NCBI GenBank assembly: GCA_021806285.1
Contig: JAJZYA010000001.1
Coordinates: 1 to 35,768, forward strand
Source of the DNA: a bacterium
Lineage (GTDB): Bacteria > Patescibacteriota > Saccharimonadia > Saccharimonadales > UBA4665
DNA length: 35,768 bases
Direction of reading: 5' to 3'
Shown here: piece after piece, positions 10,786 through 20,044 of the stretch
Layout: the number at the start of each line of letters is the position of its first letter
Numbering within the stretch: position 1 is the stretch's first letter
Notes under the pieces: generated by a model
Databases searched by the model: none
Seen by the model: only the letters and a program-made list of their open reading frames with translations
Told to the model about the DNA's origin: nothing
Position numbers and translations under genes: made by a program

Positions 10786-11835
10786 CTAGTTACCACACAG
10801 TTTATGGCAATATTGAGTCGTATTTGCTTGTTGTTGAGCTAAAGTGTTTGAGAAATATGTTACTCCATTATCTCCGGTTACAAAGTAAAGCCAATTAGTG
10901 GGAGCCGGATGAGTAGCGGCATACAAGGATGAGGAGTTAATAGTGCTAATTGGGGTAGGAGGGAGTCCGGGATGAAGCAAAGTATTATATGGTGAATCGT
11001 AGCTAAGACTTGGTGGCTGATTATTGGCAAGAGCTCCATAATATGCCGTTACATCTGATCCAAGATTCATTGATTGTTTTAATCTACTTAAAAATACTTG
11101 AGCTACTTGAGCTTGATCAGTCGGTTTGCTAACTTCCTGATCGATAATAGAAGCTAGTATTATTCCTTGGTAAGTAGAGAGTCCTTCGCTAGCAAAATCG
11201 GCTTGAACCTGTTGTGTTAAATGATTAGCCATTTCATTTAAAGATTCTTCTATTATGACTGAAAGAGGTGTATTCTTATTTCTTTCAAACGAATCGGGCC
11301 AAAGCAAACCTTCCATAGAATTAACATTACTAGGAACAAACTCCATGATTTTGAGGTTTCTATAATTAGCGATGTTGAGTGCATTATTAATAGCACTTTG
11401 GCTGTAACCATCTTTAAGAAAATCAGCTTTTAGTTTAAAGATGTTAGTACCTGGCAATATAGTTACTAGGTTCGAGGATATTTTACCAGAAACAATGCTT
11501 GATATTATTTGTTGAGTAGTCTCATTTGGAGAGAAATCATAGGTACCAGCCTGAAGACTATTTGAAAGATTTTGACTATTAATATATAACTGCGCTGCCC
11601 AGGAACTTTTTATAACGTGACTCGAGGCAAGCTGATCTGTTATTTCTCTCACACTACTGCCTCTTACAATATCTATAGTAATAACTTTGTGACTAGTACT
11701 AAGAGGCTTTAGCAAACTGTAATAATAATTTCGAACTATGACACTTCCAGCTATAAAAACAAAGATTATTACTATGATTAGAACCCAAATTCTTCTTGGA
11801 ACTCTTCTATATTTCTTATCTTTTTGAAATTTCAT
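10786..11835 (-). CDS. mltG: Endolytic transglycosylase MltG (YceG family)
   Basis: N-terminal TM, LQAGTY, EGLLWPDSF, LASIIDQE (catalytic Glu) and DSPYNTLLHPGLPPTPI. Confidence 0.93.
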   Translation of the reverse strand: MKFQKDKKYRRVPRRIWVLIIVIIFVFIAGSVIVRNYYYSLLKPLSTSHKVITIDIVRGSSVREITDQLASSHVIKSSWAAQLYINSQNLSNSLQAGTYDFSPNETTQQIISSIVSGKISSNLVTILPGTNIFKLKADFLKDGYSQSAINNALNIANYRNLKIMEFVPSNVNSMEGLLWPDSFERNKNTPLSVIIEESLNEMANHLTQQVQADFASEGLSTYQGIILASIIDQEVSKPTDQAQVAQVFLSRLKQSMNLGSDVTAYYGALANNQPPSLSYDSPYNTLLHPGLPPTPISTINSSSLYAATHPAPTNWLYFVTGDNGVTYFSNTLAQQQANTTQYCHKLCGN

Positions 11836-12254
11836 TATTTAATATCCCCGTTTATATAATCCTCTAGAATTAAGCTGGCTGCAGTTTTGTCTATATCTTC
11901 TTTAGAATATGATTTAGATCTTTGTTCTAATATTTCTTGAGCCTTTTTTGACGTTAAGAACTCATCCTGAAAGATTATTTCTAATTGTAGTTTAGATTTA
12001 ATCTGATTAACAAAATTTTTTACTTTCAAAGTTTGAGGTGTGTCTTCGGAATCCATGTTCCTAGGTAAGCCTACTATCAGTCTTGAAATATGATGCACGT
12101 CAATTAAATCTTTAAGTTTATCTATAAAATATTGATCATTACTTAGAGTTATTAAAGCTTGAGGTAAAAAGGTCGGATAAGTTGCAAGAGCCACACCAAT
12201 TCTAACATCACCCACATCTAAAGCTAGTAAATTTACGGGTTTGTCTTTAGACAT
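11835..12254 (-). CDS. ruvX: RuvX/YqgF pre-16S rRNA nuclease
   Basis: LALDVGDVRIGVA, IVGLPRNMD, QDEFLTS and IDKTAASLILE. Confidence 0.95.
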   Translation of the reverse strand: MSKDKPVNLLALDVGDVRIGVALATYPTFLPQALITLSNDQYFIDKLKDLIDVHHISRLIVGLPRNMDSEDTPQTLKVKNFVNQIKSKLQLEIIFQDEFLTSKKAQEILEQRSKSYSKEDIDKTAASLILEDYINGDIK

Positions 12255-13996
12255 TAGTTGACGGTTTTGGTTGGTTTAGCAATATGGACATGGATCTTGC
12301 TTGGATTATTCGGGGCGCTTGAAACATAGAAAGGACTCAAAGTAACTTTTACACTTGTTACATTACTGTTGCCTTCGACTATATTTTTAATTTGGGCAAT
12401 TTTCTTTCCTTCGGCTTGAGATTTAATTAAACCAACATTAATATTTGGTCCAACAATAGCCGTACTCTGGATCGTAATTTGAGTAGGATTGGTATTGCCA
12501 TTGGTATATGAGAAGCTAGCATTATTAAGACCAGTACTTAATATACTTTCAGAATTTCCAACTTGAGAACTTATATTGTTACTTAATAAGGTATTAAGAT
12601 CTTTTTTGAAGACACCATACATAGTGTATGTAATACTTTCAGTTACGGTAACACTTGAATTTTGAGAACCTACTTGGTTGTTTTCAGTTACGGTAGGTTG
12701 AGAAGAGTTAAATGTCATACCTATTGGATAATATCCATCTTGAGAAAGTCGAGAAGATAAACTACTTTTAATGGAATTATTGTTAGTTGTTATTTTATTC
12801 TGGGCATTGGTTATATCGTTTTGACTTACTACAGTTACCATATTATCCGTTCCCCCACTGGCTCCTCCAGTTGCTGAAACACCGCTATAACCTGGGACGC
12901 TGAAAGAAGTATTATTATTTTGAGTATTATAGCTACTTCCGGCTTGTTGAGCAGATATGTTTATATTTCCGGTACTATAGAGAACACACTGAGAATTGGT
13001 GGTATTATACGAAAACGTTGCTGTCGAATCGGTTACATATGTCAGATTGTTTTGAGTAATTCCCGTCCCGGCTGAAATTGAACTAGGGTCGGTAAATGGT
13101 GGCTTGACCTCACAAACATTGAAGACAACAGATCCTGAGGCTTTTGTTCCATCATTCTGTTGACCTGTTGCATTAACTGTTGCTGAGTAAGTTTTAGTAG
13201 TACTAACCTCTTTGGCTGGAATAGTATTGGAGGCTAAATTAACACTTGAAGCAGATGGGTCGATCGTAAAGCTTACATTAGTATTAACATTAGATGAATT
13301 AGTATTAATATCGATAGTTGCAGAAGGTAGAACTGCTAAAGCTACATACCCCACAATTCCAATTAATAATATAAGAACTATTAGGACAACGGCGATCTTA
13401 AATTTTTTAAAGTTTGGTACCTTAATCTTTTCTTTCTTGTCTTTTTTAGTCTTTTTAGGTTGAGGTGTAACAGAATCCTCTTGAGGAGGTTCCTGATTAT
13501 TTAATCCGGTATTGTCTAGATCGATGGTGTCTAGATCTCTGTCTAGTTTTGTTTTTACACTAGGTGCTACAGTATCGCCAGACGCCAACTCTGCAAGTGT
13601 CTTAGTTTTAGAATCTTTAAGATCTATATCTTTTGAAGGTGTATCATTTTGGTCTATTACTAAGGGTTCATCTTCATCAGCTTCAATAATAGATTCGTTG
13701 AAGACCGGGGCAGCTGGGATTTCGGGCTTACTATTTAAGGTTTTGGCGACAAATAATCCAACACCTCCAGCTAGCGGTAAGAGATTGGCTTCATTCGTTA
13801 CTAGAACTACCTTCTTGTTGACATCTTCACTTTTTCTTTTTAAAAGTTTCATGTTAACGGTGCTTTGGAAAACGCTGGCTCTTTTGGGAAGAACTAAGGC
13901 TATAACCGTAGCGCTAGAGTCTAAAACCTTATCTATAACGTTTGTTATCTCGTCATCGACATCTACGTATATGGTTGCTTTTGATGGATCTGCCAT
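12254..13996 (-). CDS. Large single-pass membrane protein of unknown function (possibly baseplate J-like ectodomain)
   Basis: Likely start ATG 13996, just after the ftsA-like stop. Globular N-terminal domain, acidic/Pro linker, basic patch plus TM (FKIAVVLIVLILLIGIVGYVALAVLP), then an S/T/N-rich, beta-rich ectodomain. Family assignment is from recall and unverified. Confidence 0.75.
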   Translation of the reverse strand: MADPSKATIYVDVDDEITNVIDKVLDSSATVIALVLPKRASVFQSTVNMKLLKRKSEDVNKKVVLVTNEANLLPLAGGVGLFVAKTLNSKPEIPAAPVFNESIIEADEDEPLVIDQNDTPSKDIDLKDSKTKTLAELASGDTVAPSVKTKLDRDLDTIDLDNTGLNNQEPPQEDSVTPQPKKTKKDKKEKIKVPNFKKFKIAVVLIVLILLIGIVGYVALAVLPSATIDINTNSSNVNTNVSFTIDPSASSVNLASNTIPAKEVSTTKTYSATVNATGQQNDGTKASGSVVFNVCEVKPPFTDPSSISAGTGITQNNLTYVTDSTATFSYNTTNSQCVLYSTGNINISAQQAGSSYNTQNNNTSFSVPGYSGVSATGGASGGTDNMVTVVSQNDITNAQNKITTNNNSIKSSLSSRLSQDGYYPIGMTFNSSQPTVTENNQVGSQNSSVTVTESITYTMYGVFKKDLNTLLSNNISSQVGNSESILSTGLNNASFSYTNGNTNPTQITIQSTAIVGPNINVGLIKSQAEGKKIAQIKNIVEGNSNVTSVKVTLSPFYVSSAPNNPSKIHVHIAKPTKTVN

Positions 13997-13997
13997 T

Positions 13998-15329
13998 TTA
14001 TACACTCAACATCTTATCTAATTTATCTCTTATTGATTCATTTACACCGTTATTAAAGTCCGAGGTATCAAGCCCAACTCTTAGAAGGCCCATAGCAGTA
14101 ATATAAGTATGGTCATTAACTTGGCCAGTTTGATCTGTAATGCCAACAACTTGTTCTGGTTTAATATGATGAACACTTGGTTTTTTGGTAAATGGGAGAT
14201 CCTTATACCAACTAGACTGTTCCAACTTATCTATCAACATATCTAGAGAAGATCCACCTCCACATAAAAACATTCGGTGAGGTAGATGATCAAGTTTATC
14301 GAACTCACTTAAAGCCAATTCGATCCCACTAACCCAAGTGTCAGCTGTTTTTTCGATAACAGATTCTATAATAGGTCTTTTTTGAGTAGCGATTTCGTTA
14401 GTAGATAACTTAATCTTTAATTCCTCAGCCTGGTTGAAGCTGATACCAAGTTCTTTTTCCACGCTTCTTGTAAAAGCTCGTCCACCTATTCCAAACATTT
14501 TAGTACCTTGAACACCACCCTCATTAATTACAGCAATATCAGTTGTTCCACCACCCACATCCATTAAGATGGCACTTAAGTTTTGGGAAGAATCGTTCCC
14601 TATAACAGCTCTTGAGACCGCAAAGGGTTCGGCAGCTACGGCTAAAAGATCTAAATCAAGCTCTTGAGCAGTTTTCTCAAGGGCTCCAATATGAATCAAA
14701 GGCGCAAAGGCTGTATAAAGCTGAATAACAACATCTCTACCCTGAAAGCCAATCGGATTATTAATGGGATAACCGTCGATTTCAATACTTACTAAGGCAC
14801 TGTTTACGAGACGAACATCAACATTTTTACCACCGAGCTCTAGGGCTAACTGTTGTTTAGCTCTTGCTTCAGATCTATCCTGAACTAGAGAAATGATCTT
14901 TTCCATTTCAACAGCATCAATTGCAAGTGTAGGGTCTTTTCTAGTAACTCTAACACTATTAGTCGTTCCCTTAACAAGCTCTCCAGCTATTCCAAGTATG
15001 GCAGTACGAGCACTTACTCCAGCTTGTGTCTCTGCCTCGTGTAGGGCTTTATCACAATTCTCAACAACCGCGGCAATATCAGCTATAGCTCCGGCCTGCA
15101 TATCTGTTAAAGCTTGATGTTGTCGTCCTACCCCAATAATTTCAAGTGTTCCAGGATTCGCAATGGAAGTTTTGGCTATGAGAGCTTTTACATATTCGGT
15201 ACCAATATCTAAACCAACTAAATACTGCTCTTTAACCCTCTTATTTCGAATAGAATTACTCTTTTTAGAAGCTTTATCTAAGGCAATCTGAGCTAGATTC
15301 TTCGAACTATTTTTAATTTTTTCTAGCAT
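13998..15329 (-). CDS. FtsA-family actin-like ATPase (probable paralogue, no adjacent ftsZ)
   Basis: Phosphate-1 GLDIGTEYVKA, 1C-like IDGYPINNPIGFQG, connect-1 AEPFA, phosphate-2 MDVGGGTTD, adenosine LCGGGS and a possibly amphipathic C-terminus. Confidence 0.85.
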   Translation of the reverse strand: MLEKIKNSSKNLAQIALDKASKKSNSIRNKRVKEQYLVGLDIGTEYVKALIAKTSIANPGTLEIIGVGRQHQALTDMQAGAIADIAAVVENCDKALHEAETQAGVSARTAILGIAGELVKGTTNSVRVTRKDPTLAIDAVEMEKIISLVQDRSEARAKQQLALELGGKNVDVRLVNSALVSIEIDGYPINNPIGFQGRDVVIQLYTAFAPLIHIGALEKTAQELDLDLLAVAAEPFAVSRAVIGNDSSQNLSAILMDVGGGTTDIAVINEGGVQGTKMFGIGGRAFTRSVEKELGISFNQAEELKIKLSTNEIATQKRPIIESVIEKTADTWVSGIELALSEFDKLDHLPHRMFLCGGGSSLDMLIDKLEQSSWYKDLPFTKKPSVHHIKPEQVVGITDQTGQVNDHTYITAMGLLRVGLDTSDFNNGVNESIRDKLDKMLSV

Positions 15330-15394
15330 ATCCTCTAGTTTAACATAAGTTTAATCAATTTTATCCTTGAAATATTAAAATCTACTCAAAAATT

Positions 15395-17278
15395 TTATAC
15401 TAATGCAGCCTTGATTCTTCGTATACCTGAAGAACTCGATTCTTCTTTTAAGATCTTAAATCTTTTACCTTGTTCTTTTAATATGGCCGTATGCTCAACA
15501 TGAGGGCCACCACAAATTTCAAAACTAAAAGGTTTTGATTCTCCCTTAGCCTGCATTCTATAAACTTTTACTCTTTTACCGTATCTGTCGCCAAATGCAC
15601 CCAAGGCATGAAGCTTATCCATGGCTTCTTTGGTATCGTGCTCTTCCCAGGTCACAATCAGATCTTTATCTATCTGTTCATTCACTATTCTTTCGACCTC
15701 AGCAATTTGTTCTGGGGTCATTTTATCGGGATGTGAAAAATCGAAGCGTAATCTTTCTTCGGTTATATTACTACCGTGTTGAATAACATGATCACCCAAA
15801 ACCTCTCTTAAAGCCTGATACATTAAATGAGTAGCCGTGTGATATTTTTTATGAATTAAAGTCTGTCCGCCAAGTCCACCCTTAAAGACACCTTTAGCAG
15901 CCGTTTGGCTTCTTTTGCGTTGTTGTTCCATCAGATCTAAATATTCTTTTTTGTAGTCTTTTTTAAGTTTAATGTTTCGGCTAAAAGCTTCTTCTAGACT
16001 AAGCTCATAAGGAAACCCAAAAGTATCTTGAAGTTTAAACAGGTCAGCCCCGCTTAAACCCTTATCTTGCAGTTTACTTAATTCTCTTAAGCCCTTTCTT
16101 AAGGTCTGGCTAAAAATGTTTTCTTCCTTATTCAGAGTTTCAACTACTTTTTGTTTAACAGCCTTAATCTCCGGAAAGTCTGGTTCATAAAGAGACAAAA
16201 TTAACTGGCTAATTTCCGCTATAAACTTATCTTCTATTCCTAAATTAAAACTAAACCTTATTGCCCTTCGGATTAAACGGCGCATTACGTAACCTTGTTC
16301 TTTATTACTTGGTACGACACCATCAACCGCCAAGAAGACCGCTCCTCTAAGATGATCGGCAATTATTCTCATAGAATTAGTTTCCACTTCATAAGTTTTA
16401 TTAGAAAGAGATTCCAGTTTTTGAATTATTGGAAAAAGTAAACTAATTTTAAAGACGTCAGGGCTATTAATCGCAGCAGCTGCAATTCTCTCTAATCCAC
16501 CTCCATAATCTACATTTCTTTTAGGTAACTTTACAAAACCATCGCTAGTTTTTAAATACTCCATGAAGACCGAATTACCAAGTTCAATATATCTACCACA
16601 ATCGCAGTTAAAGTGACACTTTTTGCCATACTTCGGATCATGTTCGACTTGGGGAAATAAATAAAAAACTTCTGTGTCTGGTCCACCTGGTTCGTTAAGC
16701 GGCATATCTTCCGGTTTACCAGATCTACTCCACCAATTCTTATCCGAATAAAAAAGAATTCGAGCTCCTTGAGTTCCTAATCTGTAACCGTCTTCTTCAC
16801 TTCCAATTTCTGCCGAGGCATGATCTATACCAATCTCTTTAAAGAGATTAGTCCATATTTTGGCACTAATTTCATCTTTGGGAATTTTGTTTTTAGCATC
16901 TCCAATAAAACAAGTCACATAAATTCGGCTCGGATCTAGCTTTATTTCTTTGGTTAAAAATTCAAAAAACCATTGAATCTGTTCTTCTTTAAAATAGTCT
17001 CCAAGACTCCAGTTTCCGAGCATTTCAAAAAAGGTTGTATGACGATTATCTCCTATTTCATCAATGTCCTGAGATCTTAAACATGTTTGACTATTAGTGA
17101 GGCGCCTCCCCTGAGGGTGCTCTTCTCCCAGTAAATAAGGTATTAGGGGCTGCATTCCACTACCCGTAAATAGAGTGGTTGGATCATTTTGAGGAACTAA
17201 GAGAGCTCTAGGTATAACTTTATGCCCCCTGTCCTCAAAAAATTTTAAATAAGCTAAACGAACTTTTCTAGCATCCAT
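15395..17278 (-). CDS. alaS: Alanine--tRNA ligase, short form
   Basis: DPTTLFTGSGMQP, RHTTFFEMLGNWSLGDYFK, GLERI, GYVMRRLIRRA, editing HTATH and EICGGPH. Start likely ATG 17278 or 17290 rather than 17341. Confidence 0.97.
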   Translation of the reverse strand: MDARKVRLAYLKFFEDRGHKVIPRALLVPQNDPTTLFTGSGMQPLIPYLLGEEHPQGRRLTNSQTCLRSQDIDEIGDNRHTTFFEMLGNWSLGDYFKEEQIQWFFEFLTKEIKLDPSRIYVTCFIGDAKNKIPKDEISAKIWTNLFKEIGIDHASAEIGSEEDGYRLGTQGARILFYSDKNWWSRSGKPEDMPLNEPGGPDTEVFYLFPQVEHDPKYGKKCHFNCDCGRYIELGNSVFMEYLKTSDGFVKLPKRNVDYGGGLERIAAAAINSPDVFKISLLFPIIQKLESLSNKTYEVETNSMRIIADHLRGAVFLAVDGVVPSNKEQGYVMRRLIRRAIRFSFNLGIEDKFIAEISQLILSLYEPDFPEIKAVKQKVVETLNKEENIFSQTLRKGLRELSKLQDKGLSGADLFKLQDTFGFPYELSLEEAFSRNIKLKKDYKKEYLDLMEQQRKRSQTAAKGVFKGGLGGQTLIHKKYHTATHLMYQALREVLGDHVIQHGSNITEERLRFDFSHPDKMTPEQIAEVERIVNEQIDKDLIVTWEEHDTKEAMDKLHALGAFGDRYGKRVKVYRMQAKGESKPFSFEICGGPHVEHTAILKEQGKRFKILKEESSSSGIRRIKAALV

Positions 17279-17313
17279 AATATCTACCATTTTATTAATT
17301 CTATTTAAGATAA

Positions 17314-18360
17314 TTAAACTATTATTCCTCCTCCAATACAATATCCCTGATCATAAACAACAGCTGATTGTCCAGGTGAAACTGCCTTAAGTGGATCTTG
17401 TAATCTGATAATAGCTTTTGAACCTGATTTTTCAAGTTGACACTGAATTAGAGGAGCCCGATGTCGAATACGAACTTCAACTGATTGGTTATTAATTTGA
17501 TAGTTTGGATAAGTTTGGTAAAAATTTTCAAGATTTAATTGGTCTGACCACAGTTTTTGATCATCCAATTTATTGGTTACATAAACTATGTTTTTAGCTA
17601 TATCTTTAGATGTCACATAATAAGGTAAACCACCAGAAACATTGAGTCCGTGTCTTTGACCGATAGTATAAAAGATTGCTCCCTCATGTTTACCAACAAC
17701 TATGTTATTTTGATCCATGATTGGACCTTCTTCCTGTTCGCCTAGTTCACTTATTAAGAAATCTTTTATTCCGACCTCGCCGACAAAACAAATTCCTTGA
17801 GAATCTTTTTTATTATAAGTTGGAAGATTATATTTTTGAGCTAATTTTCGAACCTCAGGTTTTAAATAATCACCTATTGGCATTAAAGTCTTAGATAAGG
17901 CCTTTTGACTCATCCTATATAAAAAATAGGTTTGATCTTTATTTTGATCTTTCGCCATCATTAGATGATTATTTTTAATTCGAGCATAATGTCCAGTTGC
18001 AACCAAGTCAGCGCCTTCATTAAGAGCGGTATCGAGAAATAGTTTAAATTTAATCTCCTGATTACACATAATATCAGGATTAGGAGTCAATCCTTCTTTA
18101 TAGGCTTCAATCATATAATCGACCACTTTTTGGCGGTATTGTTTCTCGAAATCAAAAACTTTAAAAGGTATACCTAAATTAACAGCAACCCTTTTAGCAT
18201 CCTGATAATCTTCTTTCCATGGGCACTCATATCCTAATATGTCTTTAGTCCAATTTTTCATAAAGACTCCTACCACGTTATAGCCTTCTTTTTTAAGAAG
18301 TGCTGCAGTAAGTGAACTATCTACTCCACCTGAAAGACCTACATATACAACTTGAGACAT
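17314..18360 (-). CDS. mnmA: tRNA 2-thiouridine(34) synthase
   Basis: SGGVDS PP-loop, TPNPDIMCN, ATGHYA, KDSQGICF and PGQSAV. Confidence 0.98.
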   Translation of the reverse strand: MSQVVYVGLSGGVDSSLTAALLKKEGYNVVGVFMKNWTKDILGYECPWKEDYQDAKRVAVNLGIPFKVFDFEKQYRQKVVDYMIEAYKEGLTPNPDIMCNQEIKFKLFLDTALNEGADLVATGHYARIKNNHLMMAKDQNKDQTYFLYRMSQKALSKTLMPIGDYLKPEVRKLAQKYNLPTYNKKDSQGICFVGEVGIKDFLISELGEQEEGPIMDQNNIVVGKHEGAIFYTIGQRHGLNVSGGLPYYVTSKDIAKNIVYVTNKLDDQKLWSDQLNLENFYQTYPNYQINNQSVEVRIRHRAPLIQCQLEKSGSKAIIRLQDPLKAVSPGQSAVVYDQGYCIGGGIIV

Positions 18361-18366
18361 CTGTTA

Positions 18367-18375
18367 AGTTTACCA
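18367..18375 (-). promoter_or_regulatory. Extended -10 (TGgTAAACT) 6 nt before the mnmA ATG, probable leaderless promoter
   Basis: Minus strand reads TGGTAAACT-TAACAG-ATG; no SD sequence. Confidence 0.55.
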
Positions 18376-18392
18376 TTTTGTAGAAAAAATTT

Positions 18393-18746
18393 TTAGATAT
18401 CTAAAAATACATTAACTTGATCACTTTTAACGTGCATAAGACCTCCATTAATAGAGATATTTTGAATCTGTCCAGTAGTAGTCCGAATAGCTATGTCACA
18501 AGGTTTTAAGAGACAGATAAAGTTATGGTGTTTAGGTAAGATGTCAAAGGGTCCAGTTTCATTAACAGCGCTAATACTAAATGCATAGGAATCATAATAA
18601 ACATTAAAGGGACTGGCGACCACAATCTTAAGTTGATCCTCCTTAGTATCTACACTTTTCAGAATATCTTTGAGGGCTATATTCTCGTTTTTATCTTTTA
18701 GAGAAAGATTATCTATAAAATCTGGATCTGCTTTTTTTCCGCTCAT
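18393..18746 (-). CDS. atpC: F1 ATPase epsilon-like subunit (beta-sandwich domain only)
   Basis: LKIVVASP, GPFDILPKHHNFICLL and INGGLMHV match the epsilon N-domain; follows beta; no C-terminal helices. Confidence 0.85.
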   Translation of the reverse strand: MSGKKADPDFIDNLSLKDKNENIALKDILKSVDTKEDQLKIVVASPFNVYYDSYAFSISAVNETGPFDILPKHHNFICLLKPCDIAIRTTTGQIQNISINGGLMHVKSDQVNVFLDI

Positions 18747-20044
18747 ACTATAATTTCTTCAATACTGTTTAACGTTTCTTCTAATGTAAAGTATTCGCCT
18801 TGAACACCTGTTAACTTAGTCATAACATTCAAATTCTGAGCAAAATTAGCTATTAACTTTTTGGCTTTGTTATAGTCCGAGCGATCAGTTGGGCTAAGTT
18901 CACTTTCTCCAATAATCGCAATAATAGCTCTTAATGATTCATATTTTTTAAGAAGGGCTTGCACTTGAACGCTCAAAAGATAATGTCTATCTCCAACTAT
19001 TTCTGGAGTTAATAGCGAAGAAGAAGTACTGTTTAAATCGACGGCTGGTCTTATTCCCTGTTCAGCAACTTTTCTAGACAGAACAATAATTGAGTCCATT
19101 TCATTTTGAATCATTTGAACGGCCGGATCAGTTATATCGTCAGCTGGGACGTATATAGTTTGAATCGAAGTTATTGAACCGTTGTCATTAGAAGATAATC
19201 TGTCCTGAAGAGTCTTAACGTCACTAAAGAAAGTAGCACCGTATCCACCTTCGTTTGGAACCTGTTCCAAAACCGTTGAGAGCTCATTACGAGCTTGAAC
19301 GAATCGATACATATTGTCGGCAAAGAATAAGACATCCTTCTTATCATTATCTCGAAAATATTCCGCAGCAGTTGCTGCCGATAATCCAATCAAAGAACGT
19401 TGGATCGGATTCTCGTTCGTTTGAGCAAAAAAGAGAGCTGTATTTTTTAATAAATCATTTTCCCTTAGGGTGACCCAAAGTTCATGACCCTCACGTATAC
19501 GTTCACCCATACCGCTAAAAATTGAAAGACTCGAAGAATTTTTAGAAGTATTATTAATAAGTTCCATGGTTAAAACGGTTTTACCAACGCCGGCTCCTCC
19601 AATAATTCCAACTTTGCGACCCTTAACGAAAGGTGTAAAGAAATCAATAACCTTTATACCTGTCTCCATTATTTGAGGTTTAGACACTTTGTATTGTTCG
19701 CTCTTTTTATAATAATTTAATATATTTTTCATGGGTACATTACCCTTAATTTGATCAAGACCATCAAGTGGTTGACCAAAAGTATCTAGAACTCTTCCAA
19801 TGATTTTATCTCCGACTGGGATTTCAATCATCTGAGAGGTCCTTCGAACTTCTTGACCCGTCTTTAAAGTTAGATCAGAATTTAGGTTAAGACAATAAGC
19901 AATTTGGTTATCTTCAAAATGTTCAACCATCAAGTTAGTGTTATTGGGGTTATTAACTACTAAGAGTTCATTTAATTCAGGTGGATCATCGTCAAACTGA
20001 ACTTTAACAATCAATTCTTTGACCCCTTTTATTACCCCAGACAT
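18743..20044 (-). CDS. atpD: Divergent F1 ATPase beta subunit
   Basis: ETGIKVID, GGAGVGKT, GERIREG, DNMYRF and SITSIQTIYVPADDITDP. Confidence 0.95.
   Translation of the reverse strand: MSGVIKGVKELIVKVQFDDDPPELNELLVVNNPNNTNLMVEHFEDNQIAYCLNLNSDLTLKTGQEVRRTSQMIEIPVGDKIIGRVLDTFGQPLDGLDQIKGNVPMKNILNYYKKSEQYKVSKPQIMETGIKVIDFFTPFVKGRKVGIIGGAGVGKTVLTMELINNTSKNSSSLSIFSGMGERIREGHELWVTLRENDLLKNTALFFAQTNENPIQRSLIGLSAATAAEYFRDNDKKDVLFFADNMYRFVQARNELSTVLEQVPNEGGYGATFFSDVKTLQDRLSSNDNGSITSIQTIYVPADDITDPAVQMIQNEMDSIIVLSRKVAEQGIRPAVDLNSTSSSLLTPEIVGDRHYLLSVQVQALLKKYESLRAIIAIIGESELSPTDRSDYNKAKKLIANFAQNLNVMTKLTGVQGEYFTLEETLNSIEEIIV

Noticed and set aside
12254..13996. Prophage or contractile injection system, from the possible baseplate-like domain
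   Set aside because: No sheath, tube, capsid or other phage genes; the protein is membrane-anchored in a housekeeping operon.
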